From the NCBI RefSeq assembly GCF_001194135.2, contig NC_068984.1, positions 56,958,403 to 57,022,402 on the forward strand: 64,000 nucleotides of DNA, given 5' to 3'. Made by a program: the position numbers and the translations under genes. Shown here in pieces: positions 50,333 to 64,000 of the stretch. This stretch comes from Octopus bimaculoides. Lineage: Eukaryota. Position 1 is the first letter of the stretch, and each line of letters opens with the position of its first letter. Below the pieces are notes generated by a model that was not told the DNA's origin, ran no database searches, and worked only from the letters and a program-made list of their open reading frames with translations.

Positions 50333-50880
50333 CAGAGTGTTAGGGCTAAATTTGACAGTTTGCATAAAAGGAAAACACAATATGCCATTCAAAAATAAAA
50401 GTATTTTAAAAAATCCAAAAATATCAACTAGATATTGGTTGGGAGATAAAAAAGTTTACTCAAAATAGCCACTCTCAGCTTCATCATGGCCTCAAGATGG
50501 CTCTGGAATTTGATGCATGAATTCCTCATTGTGTCTCTGGGAAGATCTTTGAAAACCTCCTTGATCTTGGCCAGCCTGCCTTGATGCTGCAAGCAGAGTG
50601 ATTGGTGCCTTTGTCCACCAATCCACTCACATAGTAATCCATGGGATTACAATTGAGAGAATTAGAAGACCAGGAATTGGGTTTGATGAAGTATTTAACA
50701 ACTACTTCTGACAATTCTCTGACAACCACTTCTGACACTTCTTGGGGATATGGTAAGGAGTTGAACCCTGTTGCCACTCATATGGCCTTCCAGCAGCAAC
50801 CCTCTCCAGCCAGAGTTTGACCACATTATTTATAAATCTTTTCATGTGCTATCCAAAATTTACTATTCTTTAGTAAAAAA
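50333..50880 (-). mobile_element. Tc1/mariner (maT/DD37D-like) transposon 3' fragment with terminal repeat
   Basis: RVAAGRPYEWQQGSTPYH; WSSNSLNCNPMDYYV (WPPNSPD.NP.DY motif); EAESGYFE*; terminal cagagtgttagggctaaatt. Confidence 0.85.
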
Positions 50881-51799
50881 TACTTCCTTAATTGTTTAAA
50901 TATGCCAGCCCTCAGGCTTCATTGAGAAGTTCACCAAAAATGAATGAGCGGTATTATTTTTTATTCTTTAATGTTACGCCCCTGTTATTTAATTCATATC
51001 AGTTATGTTTACCCTCCATCATCTATCCAGTGTGGAACTCATTAGAAACAAAACCAACAGGAATGATAGATTATGATTCTTTAATGAAGAATCCCTGTTT
51101 TGAGTAGAGGCAAACTACATTACCCTTCAAATATACATTACTACATATGCTGTTTGAAACCAGAAACACTTATATTGCTTAGTTATTTATAAATTTAGCG
51201 AACATTATAGTCAAGTATGCTGTTATATCCATTAGATGAATGTTTGACTTTAGTTTTAAATATGCCCATTTGTTTAAGAATTGTTACTGTGTTTTTATTG
51301 CATTTTTATTTTGCTTTTTTCTGTTTCTAATAGCATATGTAGCCCTTGACATTATGTCAGTTTATTGATATAACTGAGATAATGCGAAGAAAATGTTTAA
51401 CTAATGAATAGGGAAAAAAGACTTCCGGTGAAGATAAACCTTGATGTATTCTACTGATATGATTCAAATTCAATTGAGCATGAGAAAATGCTCAATTAAT
51501 ATTTGGAGACAACTAAAAATGAACTTCAGTTTAAATACTTTTTTACTTTAGCATACTGTTATTCTGAGTTCAAAATCTGCCATTGTTTTCCTTCAATCTA
51601 TAGATCAGTAAAACATGTACTATTAATATATTGATATCAATTCATCATTTCATACAAAGAATTAACTTTGTATCTTGAGAAAAACAATTTATTTTGAAAT
51701 TAGTCAATAACTTATTTGGTCAAGTAAAAACTACATATATAACAGAAATTTAATGTTGCTGACCATTTAACATAACAAGACTACTACCACTGACAACCA

Positions 51800-52010
51800 C
51801 ACCACAAGTCCTAATTGGGAAAGTCTTTATATGATCACTTGACCTGCAAGAAACAACAACCAAATCTACCTAAAATCACACCTTATACTCTTAAATAAGG
51901 AAAATACAATGTGGTCTACATAATATTAGGAAGGCCATGGTTAGAATGCTTTTGAGTATTTGTCTGCTTGAATAGGGTTGACTTATGTCTAAACATTAAG
52001 AGTTACAACA
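51800..52010. repeat. Representative copy of an unclassified ~200-bp dispersed repeat (family D; 12 or more copies in the window)
   Basis: Shared words gatttggctgctatttctagcagg and ttgttgtttagc..gacctatgatcaaaggcattccagc. Other copies lie near 19540, 27520, 31100, 36950, 37290, 44940, 45765, 46910, 50130, 52430, 53620, 58260 and 62150. Confidence 0.7.
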
Positions 52011-52758
52011 TTTCCCATTTAAAAGTGTTTTGTGCTTTTCATAGACATTGCCGAAACATCATTTCCCAAAAATGATACCGATAGAAGTAAAATCCAAGAT
52101 ATTTTATTACAAGAGTCTGTAACTAGAATAATTCTACCATTGTATCTGAAAATGCTTTGTGTCAATGTGTTAAGATACTTGTAGTGTTTTTACAAAAGGA
52201 ATACAGATCCAATTCAATTATATCCACATTAGCTTTTCTGTTTCTTCCCTCTCTCTTTGTCTTTCTACCTGTCCTTCTTTCCTTTCTTTTGCCTCTTCTT
52301 TGAATAAGAGTATGCTATTCAATCTCATTTTTATGATCAATTTAATACATCTGTTAATTTATGGAACAGGCTGTTACAATGTCATGAGAAAAAAAAAAAA
52401 AAAAAGCATTGATCTTCCAGTTATAAACCACAAAACTAATGTCTAGTCATGCACTCACTTGACTTATTAGCAACAGCAACCAAATCTCCCTCCAATCACT
52501 CTCTACCATCTTCAGTAAAAAAAAGTATACATTGGACAATGTGATTTCTGATGTCTAAAAAGTTAAAATGGCTGTAGCTGGAATGCCTCTGACCATGGAT
52601 CTGCTCCATTATGGCTAACCCAAAGGTTACAGAACAACAACAGAATTGCTGTGTTCGTTTTCTATTAAGGCTTTTTTTTGCTCTCACAAAATTGTTTTCA
52701 TTCTGAAGGCTGCTGTAATTTAGGTAAGAGACAAGCATGTCTCAGTATCAGATGGTGT

Positions 52759-52984
52759 TTAATCCTTTAGCATTCAGAGTACTGTCTAATGTAATGCTTA
52801 TTTATTCACATTGTTTTGAATTAATCATGCATTATCTTGTAACTTCAAGATTTCAATGATTTGATCGTATGTTTTTAGAATGACAGTGTAGGGTAGGTGT
52901 GAGAGGCCAGATCCAGTCAGTTTGAATATAAAATGGGTAGAATATTTGTGCCAGAGATGGCCAGTTTAAATGCTAAAGGGTTAA
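52759..52984. mobile_element. piggyBac-type MITE (TTAA TSD)
   Basis: TTAA-tcctttagcattc ... aaatgctaaaggg-TTAA; a third, partial copy lies near 47140-47340. Confidence 0.85.
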
Positions 52985-53254
52985 ACCTATGATTCTTCAA
53001 CTGATACCTTATTTGCTAAACCTAAAGTTGATACCTTATCTGCTAGACAAGTGTTTCTCAAAATGGATTAGAGCAACCTTAAGGTTAATGTTACATTCTG
53101 AAATCCAAACTATGTCTTAATACTGCCTCTTGTTGACAGTTTGGTTCTCTTTAAGCATAAAAAAATCTCATTAAAAATTGGAAGTCCAGGATATTCAATG
53201 AAGTGTTATTTGGAAAACAAAATAGCAGTTTAAAATAACAGATCCTTTATCTTT

Positions 53255-53592
53255 TAACTTTTACTTATTTCAGTCTTAAGACTGAGGCCATGCTGGGGCA
53301 CCATCTTGAAGGATTTTAGTCAAACAAATCGACCTCAGTACTATTTTTTTTTTTATAAACCTGATACTAATTCTGTTGGTCTTTTTTGCTGAACCACAAA
53401 GTTACAGGGACATAAACACACCAACATCAGTTGTCAGGCGGTGATGAGGACAAACATAAACACAAAGACATTGCTCACAAGGCTTTAGTTGACCTAAGGC
53501 TATAGTAGAAGACACTTGCCCAAAGTGCCATACAGTGGATCTGAACCCGGAACCATATGGTTGAGAAGCAAACTTCTTACCCACTGCACCTG
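53255..53592 (-). mobile_element. Diverged family A SINE
   Basis: Homologous to 15203-15595 and 28666-29061. Confidence 0.8.
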
Positions 53593-54894
53593 TATAAATA
53601 TCTTTAATCTACTGGAGGATCTTCTAATTAATCATTCAATCTGCAAAAATAGCAACCAAATTACATCTTGCCATCTTTAAAAAAGGGTGTATACTGAAAT
53701 GTCATCCTAAATATCTGTATGTGAAAAACAAGATTGACTACATTTTGATCATAGGTCTACTTGATCAAAGTTGACCTGGGGCTAAACAGCATCAACAACA
53801 ACTGGAGGTAAATTTCCTGTTGATGCCAAAATATCAGGGCCCCTTGGTTAATTGATCTCATTGAGGTATATATAGGCATGTGTGTTTGTACTCATGTCCC
53901 TACATGCTCATACACGTGCCTCTGTATGTGTGTGTGTACACACATAACTTACATATAGGTGCTTGTGTACACACACAGAAAGAGAGGTTGTATATTGGAA
54001 AATATTTATGCTTGCTAGTTTTGCCTGATCATTCATTCTCTGGCAATTTTTATCTAAACACCTCAAGGAAAAGCTGCACATTTTCCCAAAAGACTCCCTC
54101 TAGGTTAGTCATGCATATATATGTCTATTAAGTTATAAGATGTACACATCTTCACATTTATACATAGACTAACACACATACACACAATACGTTTTAATTT
54201 AGATTGAATCTACTAATCTTCTCTCTTGCTCTTTTTCCTTCTATTTTCTTTTCCTTTCTTTCCTTTTTACACTCTCCTCCTTTTATGTTTGTTTTCACTC
54301 ATTTTCATATTATCCATCTTTGTCTTTCCCTTTCTTCATCACTCACACTCCTCTTCAATTGAATCGGGAAACAAGAGCATTTTGCTACTACTCTCTTTAG
54401 AACTTCCATCAGTTGCCATATTACATAAAAAATAACCATTGAGTTACTTTATAGTACTAGGTTTAGAATGCATTATATATTAAAACATTTCTCTATTTGC
54501 AATGATGAAAAAGCTAGTGTGAATGCAGACACCTAACCTTGTCTTATTCTGGTTATATTCATTCTATCATAATCACACCCCTGTTGATAGGTTCAAATAT
54601 TTCCCTAGCCACCACTATCCATCTAATTTTGACAATGGACCACCAAACATAGTGTTTGCCATCACTCTCACCTTCTGCTTCTGAAATAGATGACTCTCTC
54701 TCTCTCTCATACACACAGATACATACCACTGTGTGTTATGCATTGTCTACAAGGATTGAATTATAGTTGTTTTATAAAATATCCCATTGTTTTCACTATA
54801 TGTTAGATAGGATTTATTCATTTCTTCTTATTTACCTTTTTTTATTTATATTTTCTCTGAGAAAATTTGGATGAAGGATACGTATCTATTGGTC

Positions 54895-55080
54895 TCAAAT
54901 TTTGGCACAAGGCCAGCACTTTCGAGGGAGAGAGTAAGTTGATAACATTGACCCCAATGTTCAGCTGGTACTTATTCTATAGAACCTAAGAGGATGAAAG
55001 GCAAAGTTGACCTTGACAGAATATGAACTCAGAACATAAAGACAGTTAGAACATTTTGCTTGGTGTGCTAACGATTCACC
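54895..55080 (-). mobile_element. Family C SINE copy
   Basis: aaattttggcacaaggccagc..aggatgaaaggcaaagttgacc..gctaacgattc. Confidence 0.8.
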
Positions 55081-55907
55081 TTAGAATACATATATTTTGA
55101 AAATTAATGAACATGAACTTGGTAATCCAAGTTTTAATTTATCTCACTTGCTTGCTTATCTCAGTAGTGTGGGGTCCAGATAAAACCTCCTTAGGCAAAA
55201 TCCCCTAAGTTAAAGTGTGAAAGTGGACAAAACCCCCTCAGTTACATTTTTGGCAAAGGTGTACAATAAGCACCCACCCCCTTTTCGTTTTTGTTTTTTA
55301 ATACAGTTTCCAATGTTCCAATATTTTTGGCAACAAAGATTCCATTTTTTGTCAAGAAAATTAGCATTTCAAAATTTAAATTCCTCATCCCCCTGGTTTT
55401 GTCCTGTGGGGTTTTGTTTCATACTCGAGTGGTCTTAAAGTAACCCCAACATGAGCAATCACTTCACTATCAAATTAGTATCTGTTGCTTTTTATCTACT
55501 AGAAATCTTTACTTTTTGATTTTGACTTTTTTAACCATTCCTTAGTCTTGATAACACCAAGTGAAATATTTTTTTTAAAGTAGATTAAAACTATTTATAC
55601 ATTCATTGTCATTTTAAACTGTTATCTTTTGCTTACCATATAATTAGCTCAACTTAGCCGTTTTTAGACCATCTGTACATTGCAGATAAAATTTTTGCTG
55701 AAAAGGCCATTTCTGAGAATCTGTTGTACAAACATGAATTTCGTATTTAATTTCTTTATGAAGTAAAAAACCTGTAAACTGTGATAACTAATGTATTTTT
55801 TAGTCAATCTACATACCAAGTTTTCAAATTATGGCTTTAACACCCCCTCTCTCTCTCTCTTGTGCACACACACACACACACAAAAGAAAATAGTATCTTA
55901 GGCTTAA

Positions 55908-56280
55908 GCACGGCTGTGTGGTAAGAAGTTTGCTTCTTAGCCACATGGTTTTGGGGTTCAGTAGATGCCATCTTGGGACAATGTCATCTACTATAGCCCT
56001 GGGCTGAGTGTATTTGGTAGATGGAAACTAAAAGAAACCCATCACATATATTATGTAAAATATGTGTATATGTGTGTCTTTGCTTGTGTCTGTCCCCACC
56101 ACTGCTTAACAAGTGTCAGTTTATTTATGTTAATACAACTTAGTGGCTCAGTAAAAGAGAATGATAGAATAAATACCAGACTTTAAAAATGTAAGTACTA
56201 GGGTTGAATTGTTCAGTTACTTCAAGGTAGTGCCCCAGCATGGCTGCAGTCCAATGAATGAAGCTAGAAGGATAAAAATC
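55908..56280 (+). mobile_element. Diverged family A SINE
   Basis: ggctgtgtggtaagaagtttgc..ccccagcatggctgcagtccaatgaatga. Confidence 0.8.
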
Positions 56281-57099
56281 AAAAACAAAAGAAAGACAAA
56301 AATTGCATTTTATGATAGGCATTTGCTATATTTTCAAAGAACTATAAATCATATTAACTCTACAATCTAGTATGCACAATATTTTTTACTAATTAAAATT
56401 TGTTATTAAAATCTTTTAAATTGTACAAGTTTGTATTTTCATTCATTCCCTTCTTACTCAACTGTATACATGCCACCATACCATGTATATGTGTGTGTGT
56501 GTGCATTAGTTTGAATTTTCTGGTGTGTTATAAGATACACAATAAATTCAATCCAGATATTGAATTGTATTTCAATTTGTCACTAAAGCTTTGTAAATAT
56601 ATATACTTACAAAACCAACTCTATTACCACACACACACACACACACACACTAATATTATAGGCTATGTCTCCTCTCTTTCTTTCCCCCTTCCCAATGCGC
56701 ACATCTAAGGCAATTAGCTATTATAATGCTTGCATTATTTCTGTATTCCAATAAAACACCGACAGATCATTTAGCTGAAATGTACATTAAAAGTTCAACT
56801 GTTTGTGTGTATGTATATTTCTATGTATGTGTGTTTGAGTGTATGTGTGTTTTCCTTCTCTGTTAGGATAGGAACTTCTGCCTACCAAATTCAATCACAA
56901 GGCTTTGGTCAGCCCAGAGCTATAGCAGAAGATACTTGTCCAAGGTGCCATGTAGTGAGACTGAACCTGAAACTATGTGGTTTAGAAGCAAGCTTCCCAG
57001 CCAAGCAGCCAATAGAAATATAGATATATGAAATACCATACAACATAAATTTTTGATTTATTAAAATCATCTCCGCTGTTAGAGAATGTATCATAATTA

Positions 57100-57540
57100 C
57101 CAAATGGCAATTAAGACCATCTCCAGCTGAGAAGGAGAGATGATTATTAGCCACTGTGCCAACAACCACCTTGAGTACCTTTTCAAGTTCCATGTGTCTA
57201 ACGTGTGTGGGTTTACCTACAAAGTCAGAAAACAGCATGGCTACCATGACTCTCAGAAACATTTTTCACACTTAGAGTTGCTGAAGCATAGAACAAACTA
57301 CCTGCATCAGTTGTTAGTTGCCGAGACATTGCATCCTTTAAAACATCCATGCTTTTTGAAATTCGCCAACACTACACCTGATATTCCCCGCTCCATTACC
57401 ATTCACATATGTATATCATGACTCATACACTGTTTACTTTCCTGACTTTTGTACATAATTCTATGTATTGTACATGCACCTTTGATGAGTTGTAGTGCAC
57501 CTGAGCACTATACACACTAATTTCATTATTATTATTATAA
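57100..57540 (+). mobile_element. CR1/L2-type LINE 3' end with an (ATT)n tail
   Basis: ORF 57140-57421 (YKVRKQH..KHFSHLELL..LHQLLVAETLHPLK) resembles the CR1/L2 terminal motif Y.L.K....R..FFS.RV...WN.LP..VV.A.S...FK; ends ..taatttcattattattat. Confidence 0.6.
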
Positions 57541-59265
57541 TCTCAGGAATTCTCAAAATTTGAGATGCCATTAAGGAAAAGAATAAGCTTATTGTTTGGA
57601 GATATTAGGACAGTCATGGTTATGTGTTTCTGGTTCAAAAGCTGTGATCAGCATGACAACTTGTTCATCCATATCTCCAGTAACCAAAGGACATAAGCTT
57701 ATATAAAAAGAAAACAAAAAAAAACCAGCAGGACACATTTATGTCCTAGGTAATTTTTGTTATATATTGTGTGCTTTTGTATTACTTATTAAATGATAAA
57801 AAGGAATAAGTATTTTATTAATTTAATGCTTTAAATATAGTTTGTTACAAGTAATTAAAAAATATGAAACTACCCATTTATTACCCTCAGGTTTTCCACC
57901 AATTACTCTCTAGCATATAAACCAACTTATTTTATTGGTTGCATAATCATAGGGATGAGGACAGCATCTTTTTAAACAATTAAGTATCTCATGAGAGATA
58001 CTTAGAGATACTTATTACAAGACATAGTACAAAAATGTAGGTAGTTAGGTCTGTGAATTATTGTGAATGAAGGGATGTGGTTTTCTTTGGAGATGGTGTT
58101 AAGCTTTCTTTACATCATGTGAAATGGATAAATTTCCCTCTGGGTAATTTGCCAGTCTATCTCAAAGAACACTTACCAATAATCTTAACAGCTTGATGAA
58201 TTGAAGTTATGTGGAATAAAGTGAAGTAAAAGACCAACATGGGTAACCAATGAAGGCAACCTCTGTATGATCACCAAGCCTACTAGAAACAACAGTCAAA
58301 TCTCTTTCAGCTCACATCCTATCATGTTCAATAATGAAGGGACACATTAGATAATATAGTCCTACACTTTTCTAATAGAAGGATGGTCATGGTTGGAATG
58401 CCTTTTGTAATAGGTTTGCTCAATATCTAGTTTGACATACTTCTATATCACAACAATGATAGTGAGTTTGAACTCTTTACTCATAAGCAGTTAGTTCAGT
58501 CTTTTATCCAATTAACCATCTTACTTCTAAAATGTTGAAATGCAGGTCAGGTTGATAAATAAACTCTGGCTTTGAAGTAAGCATTCAACTTTTCTATTTA
58601 TAGTTGTAACCACATGGAACACATAACTGGAATATGTAGCATTATATTTACAAACCTTTTCTGTTCAATAGCTGAAACCTACCAGGAACAAAGGAGTTGT
58701 TGGAAATTAATGATGCAGTTTATTATTTTGTTTTGTGTCTTTCATCCAAATTAGCTTCATAAATAACCAGAAGCAACCAAAGGGTTTTATATTTTTATGG
58801 TCTTCTTTTAAACCTAGGGTATAAAATGCTATGCATGCCTATGTGTAGTAGTAAACACATGTACACATACTACTTTGCTAGAAAACCAATGTCAGACACT
58901 ATCACCCATGATAAAAATGTTAATTTGTGTGTATTTTTATTATTCCATAACACACTAGTCTCTCCCCACCTCCCATACAGAATTTAATTTTGGTTAACAG
59001 TACTTCAAAGTTGATTATCACAAATGAGAAAATTTATTCACGCAGTTATCAATGAAAATATTACAAGATTAAACAAAATTAATCAATTTAAACTAGATGA
59101 AAGAAACTAATTTGTTTGACCAAAGTTAGTTTAGAAAATAGTTGATAAAATTTTACTTAATGGCTTGAAACAAGAAGAAAATGTCTCTTTGGCCTCCAGT
59201 TGTTTTAAAATTGTATTTTTGATCAATTTTGCGAGGATTTAAAAAAAAATTTTCTTTTTGAACAG

Positions 59266-59467
59266 CCTCCACTGCATCTTCATGGAAATCAATAGAGATT
59301 GTGTTTCATAGTCTGTAAATATATACAGCTCAGTTTTTAGGAAGCCTCCTTGATAGCTCAATTGGAAACACTTATGCGCATAACAGAAGAAAATGTCTTT
59401 CATTGCTGCAAGAGATTGCCATAAATAACAGTTTATTTTTTTACAAACTTATTTAATAATGTAATAG
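59266..59467 (+). CDS. Candidate exon, disrupted as assembled: STASSWKSIEIVFHSL*IYTAQFLGSLLDSSIGNTYAHNRRKCLSLLQEIAINNSLFF, then a frame break
   Basis: Strong acceptor ttttctttttgaacag| (phase 1) and strong donor G|gtaaga at 59468; in-frame TAA at 59316-59318; a T7 run (59436-59442) separates this frame from a downstream open reading TNLFNNVI. Stop-free alternative: acceptor atatacag| at 59328 with a terminal TAA at 59454-59456. Confidence 0.5.
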
Positions 59468-60563
59468 GTAAGAAAAACGGATATAGCTTAGTGGAATTTA
59501 CTTTATATTTTTTGTTGATTGACAGTAACCTGAGTCTAAGAATTTCCTTGGAAAGCCATGTTTTCCTTTGTTAGAGTTGTAAGCCCTGCTGTTTCTATCT
59601 ATTTCTAACATGGATGGAGATCATTTATTGGTGGCTGTCTAAAAATATCAGCTTCAACATAATCACACTCAAAACTGTTAAGAACTGTTTTTATTTGATG
59701 AAAGTATTAGAAAACAGGAAATATTAATATATCTATGCTACATCTTCAATGAATTATTTTAGAGCATCTATCAGTACAAAATCTACCCAAATTTCATCTC
59801 ATGAATGTGATATTGTGTTTTTGTGTTATAATTGTGAGCTTCAGCATTATCAATGTTTAGGAAATTAAATAATATTTTCTACAAAAGTGACATACTGAAT
59901 TAATTTTACCTACTTCATAAAGATGAATAAGTTTATTCACTACAAACGAAGGTGATTATAATGATATTGAAGGGGAAGTAAAAAAGTGGTATAATTTAAG
60001 ACATGAAAAGGAAGGAATTTTTCAGTTGCATTGATTTTATTGAATGGTCTCTCTATCTTTCCCTTTCTTGAAATGCATGCATATATTTGAGGAAATTCTT
60101 TGTTCAGTGGCAATGTTTTTTTAAAATGTTCTGTAAATCTATGCTGTTTTAATATGCTATCAGTGCCTGTTTCTATTAAACTACTCTTTAATGTAGTCGT
60201 TTATACGATTACAAAATACTTCTTCTATTTTCACTTCTGTTGAAAAATCACAAAGTATGCAATGGAAATAGAATATAAATATATAAAACTTATCTCATGA
60301 ATAATTCAGTGTGCCATATAGAAAGCTGACACTTTATATTTGGTCTATAATAAGCATCTTCTACTGTTAGAAGAATGTAAAATTTCATTTTATCTAAGGT
60401 CAATTAGTATTCTGTAAAAGCTTTACCTCACAATGCTATCATTTAAATGTAACCAGTGGGAATCAAACTCAAAAGTATCTATTTGGTTTTTCTCTAGGAA
60501 AATAGTATATCAGGCTCTATAGAATTGGAGAGCTATTCATTGGGATGGAGGGTGAGGTGGGAA

Positions 60564-60610
<47 letters not shown>

Positions 60611-61734
60611 GGTAGAGAGAGAGAGAGAAAGATAGATGATAAAGAGGAGGACAATATGAGAACCAACAGCTGTCATAACAGTTTGTATTTTATAAGTAAA
60701 TCAGTATTTATTGCATTTCTTCATAAAATCTGCAATACTGATTTTTCCCTCACTAGGCACAAATCCAACTGCTTGTCAGGGAAAGGGATATAATTGGCTG
60801 AATTAACTAAGTTTCCCAAGCTCTAAGATATTAAGGTTGAGTAAAAAAAAAATATAACAGGTATTTCAATGAACATGCAGAAATTAAAAACATCAAGATG
60901 TTAAAACATATTGATTTAATGTCTACATAGTCAAGATGAACTGTTGTTTATTGCTTCTTTTTTTTTTCTTTTTGTCCAACCTGATCTTTAGAGATGAAAA
61001 ACATTTTATTTACATCTGTTGAGTTAGGAAAGGCATCCAGCCATAGAAACAATATCAATAAATGTAACATAAGAGTGGGTTTTGCAAGCCCACCACAAGC
61101 TACCCATCATGGGAAAAAGATATTCTGAATAAAAACTGATAGGAGCAGAAGGGATTCTTTCATTCTCCCAAATGAAAAAAATTTCTTTCTTGTTGGTGGC
61201 ATCAAAAAACATACGCAGTACACTCAACAAAGTGGTTAGAGAAAGGAAGGGACATCTTGAAGTAGAAGCCATACCAAAAAAAAAAAAGGAAAATATTGAG
61301 GCATTGATTCTGAAAACTGCATTCAACTAGTCTGAGGGGCAGTAATTCTGAATAAAAACTGATGTAAGATAAAGGTGACTCTTACTGTTCTCCTGCATAG
61401 AACACCCTCTCTACTGCCAGTGACGTGATAAAATATACCTAATCCATGCTATAAACATGAGATGATAAGGACCATGATGTCACTAGCACTATGTATGAAC
61501 TAATGAAGGAGCTTTTACATGGTAGGTTGAGCTACTTGAAAGAGAAGTCAAATATTGTGCTTTCTGTAGAAGGGAGGACACATTAGATAACAACACCTTA
61601 CGACCTCTGAAAGGGACGACATATTGGATAACAATGCTATTTAACACTGTTACTGAATAAAAGACAATATTCATAGCCAAAATGTCTTTTATCATTATTT
61701 GCTCAATCATAGCTACCCATGGACTAAATACTGG

Positions 61735-61950
61735 TTTCACATTTTAGCACAAGCCAGCTATTTCAGGGAAGCAGGTAAGTTGATTACATCAACTCCAGTG
61801 TCCAACTGGTATTTATTTTATCAACCCTGAAAGGCATGAAATGCAAAGTCAACCTCAGTGGAATTTGAACTCAAGAAAGTATAGAGATGGATGAAATGGC
61901 ACTAAGTATTCTGCCTGGTGTACTAACGATTCTGCCAGCTTGCTGCCTTA
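61735..61950 (-). mobile_element. Family C SINE copy
   Basis: ttttagcacaagccagc..tgaaatgcaaagtcaacctcagtggaatttgaactca..gccagcttgctgcctt. Confidence 0.8.
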
Positions 61951-62715
61951 CTCTTGGACTAAATAGTAAGAACATGTCAGTGTAGTCCTATAATTTGTTG
62001 CATTCTGTAAATAATGTCTGTAAATTTTTCTTCAGATATTCTTTGTTGATCCCCAGCATTTTTTTATTTTAAAATTTATGCTGGGGTATGATAACATTGT
62101 CAGAACTGTTAACTAGCTCAACAAACAGTCTAGGTTAATAGTAACTTCAGTAATAAAAACTAACGATAGGGGCAACAAACACTGTCTTTACATGGTTACT
62201 CAACCTGCTAGATATAGCTACCAAATATCCCTCAAATTGTATAGCCTAATGTTTGAAGTAAAAGAAAAAAAACATTAGGTAATGTAATCCTACATGCCAC
62301 TAAAATGATAAGAACATGGCTGGAATACTTGTTTGATGAGGGTTGACTTGACTTGGCTGGGCTAAGCAACAACAAAGAAAACTCTTAATGGTGGTACAAC
62401 AGCATGGCCACAACCCTGTGGCAGGAAAGAAAATTTATAAAACACCATAGTAATCTGCTGTAATAAATATTCTAGCCCCTAAGCTTTCTATCATCTACTC
62501 TTTCTTGTAACTGAGTATAAAATCATAAACACATGCAAAAAGACTCGTTCTTACAGTGCTTGGCAATGATAGACATTTTCTGACCATTAAAACAGCCATA
62601 ATATTAATATAAAGCAGAAAGCTGTGTTATAAAAGAAATCTACTGTAAATTCTTTAGTAGAGACTGGTGAATCAATTTCTTTCAGGTATATACAATCTGG
62701 TCTTGAATATTAATT

Positions 62716-62752
<37 letters not shown>

Positions 62753-64000
62753 TCCCTCTCTCCACATGCGCGTGTACATATGTACACATGCATATACATA
62801 TTTATACACAGACATATATGTACATACTTATATATATGCTCTCACCCCCTCTCTCTCATAATCATGCACACATACACACACTTATGCACATACATAAATA
62901 CATGCACACTTGTATTTGATTTCTCTCTTACACATACACATAAAAACACAAACACATACATATACTAATATGTTTTTATGTGCATGTGCGTTTGGATATT
63001 CAAATGAGAGTGATTGAATAAAGTTATATACACACACCACAAAATAAACAAAATCTACTTCCCATGTATATTTGTTAGCCAGTTGAAAATCAATAGATGA
63101 CTAGATATAGGTGTTTCATATCTAATTTGGTATTTGAGCTATATCATGATAATAATTTTTGATTCTTATTGGCTATCAGTAAATACCACGAGTAAATTGT
63201 TAAATTTGATTACAGAATGAAGTGACACCAACATAAACATTTCTGGTTAGAAGAGGTAAAACCAATGCCACAAGCATGTCATCATTCTTACGTATGCATA
63301 TGGTACACTCACAAAGCACATGTATACAAGCATCCCTTGTGTTATGTCTACTTCAGGCCAGGGGATTTCATGCTTACAGAAATTATGAACTATGACCATT
63401 AATTTTGGTATACAGCCTGTAATTTTGTGTTGCTTGTTCTCTTATTTTCTTGTGCTCTCCCTTTTTTATGATAAAGTCTGTAGGAACACAATCTTATTCA
63501 ATATTATGAAGATCAATAGGAAAATTAATTTCACATTACTGATTTTCACGTTACAACCAGTTTTCAGGAATGCATTACTTCCGTAAAGCAAGCGATTCCT
63601 GTACATACACACCAACCAACCAACCAACCAACCACTTACCCAGCCAACTAATAACTTAATTTTGAAATTTTCTTTCAATGAGTTATTTGAATAAGCTTTT
63701 GTGAAAAGATCCCTTGTGTCTCTACTTTACATTTAATCACCCTTTATCCTGATATTTTAATATATAAAAGTGAATATAGACACAGACATAGATGTATCAC
63801 TAAGAAGTTTGCTTTTGAACCATGTGATTTTGGGTTCAATCCCCACTGTATGCTGCCTTGGCACATGTTTTATACTATAGCTCTGAGCTGATCAATGCTT
63901 TATGGATTTTATAGATGGAAACTGAAAGAAGCCTGTCACGTGTGTGTGTGTGTGTGCATGCGCGCACATGTCTATTTGTATGCATTTTTGTATGTCTGTG

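Noticed and set aside
60498-62085. Downstream candidate exons 60498-60551, 60992-61017 and 62036-62085
   Set aside because: Individually plausible splice sites, but with phase conflicts, overlap with SINE sequence or no motif support. The gene's 3' end remains unresolved.

Overview
This is AT-rich eukaryotic DNA dense in microsatellites and transposable elements, with four N gaps. Its SINE families match those I recognise from Octopus (coleoid cephalopod) genomes; that assignment is inferred from the repeats, not from a database hit. Nearly all ORFs in the supplied track are microsatellite read-through or decayed transposon fragments. The window appears to lie inside one long-intron, + strand gene. 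I can chain about 11 small candidate exons (6121 to about 59467) with compatible splice phases. Their peptides show collinear, low-identity motif matches to my recollection of the C-terminal half of human GEMIN4, so the call is tentative and needs BLAST and RNA-seq. The introns hold three tRNA-derived SINE families, a (CAT)n/(GAT)n-tailed SINE, an unclassified ~200-bp repeat, piggyBac-type and 8-bp-TSD MITEs, and a ~3.1-kb pogo element inserted at +6 of a splice donor. They also hold mariner/Tc1, RTE, CR1/L2, R4/Dong-like and Penelope fragments. The most notable observations are: minimal hammerhead-ribozyme motifs in the Penelope fragments; a 49-bp hairpin whose only mismatches are G-U; an AG|GTAAGT recursive-splice-like site; an exon open in two frames; a possible 41-nt intron; and two exons whose strongest splice sites enclose in-frame stop codons. 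No CRISPR array, rRNA or genuine tRNA gene was seen.
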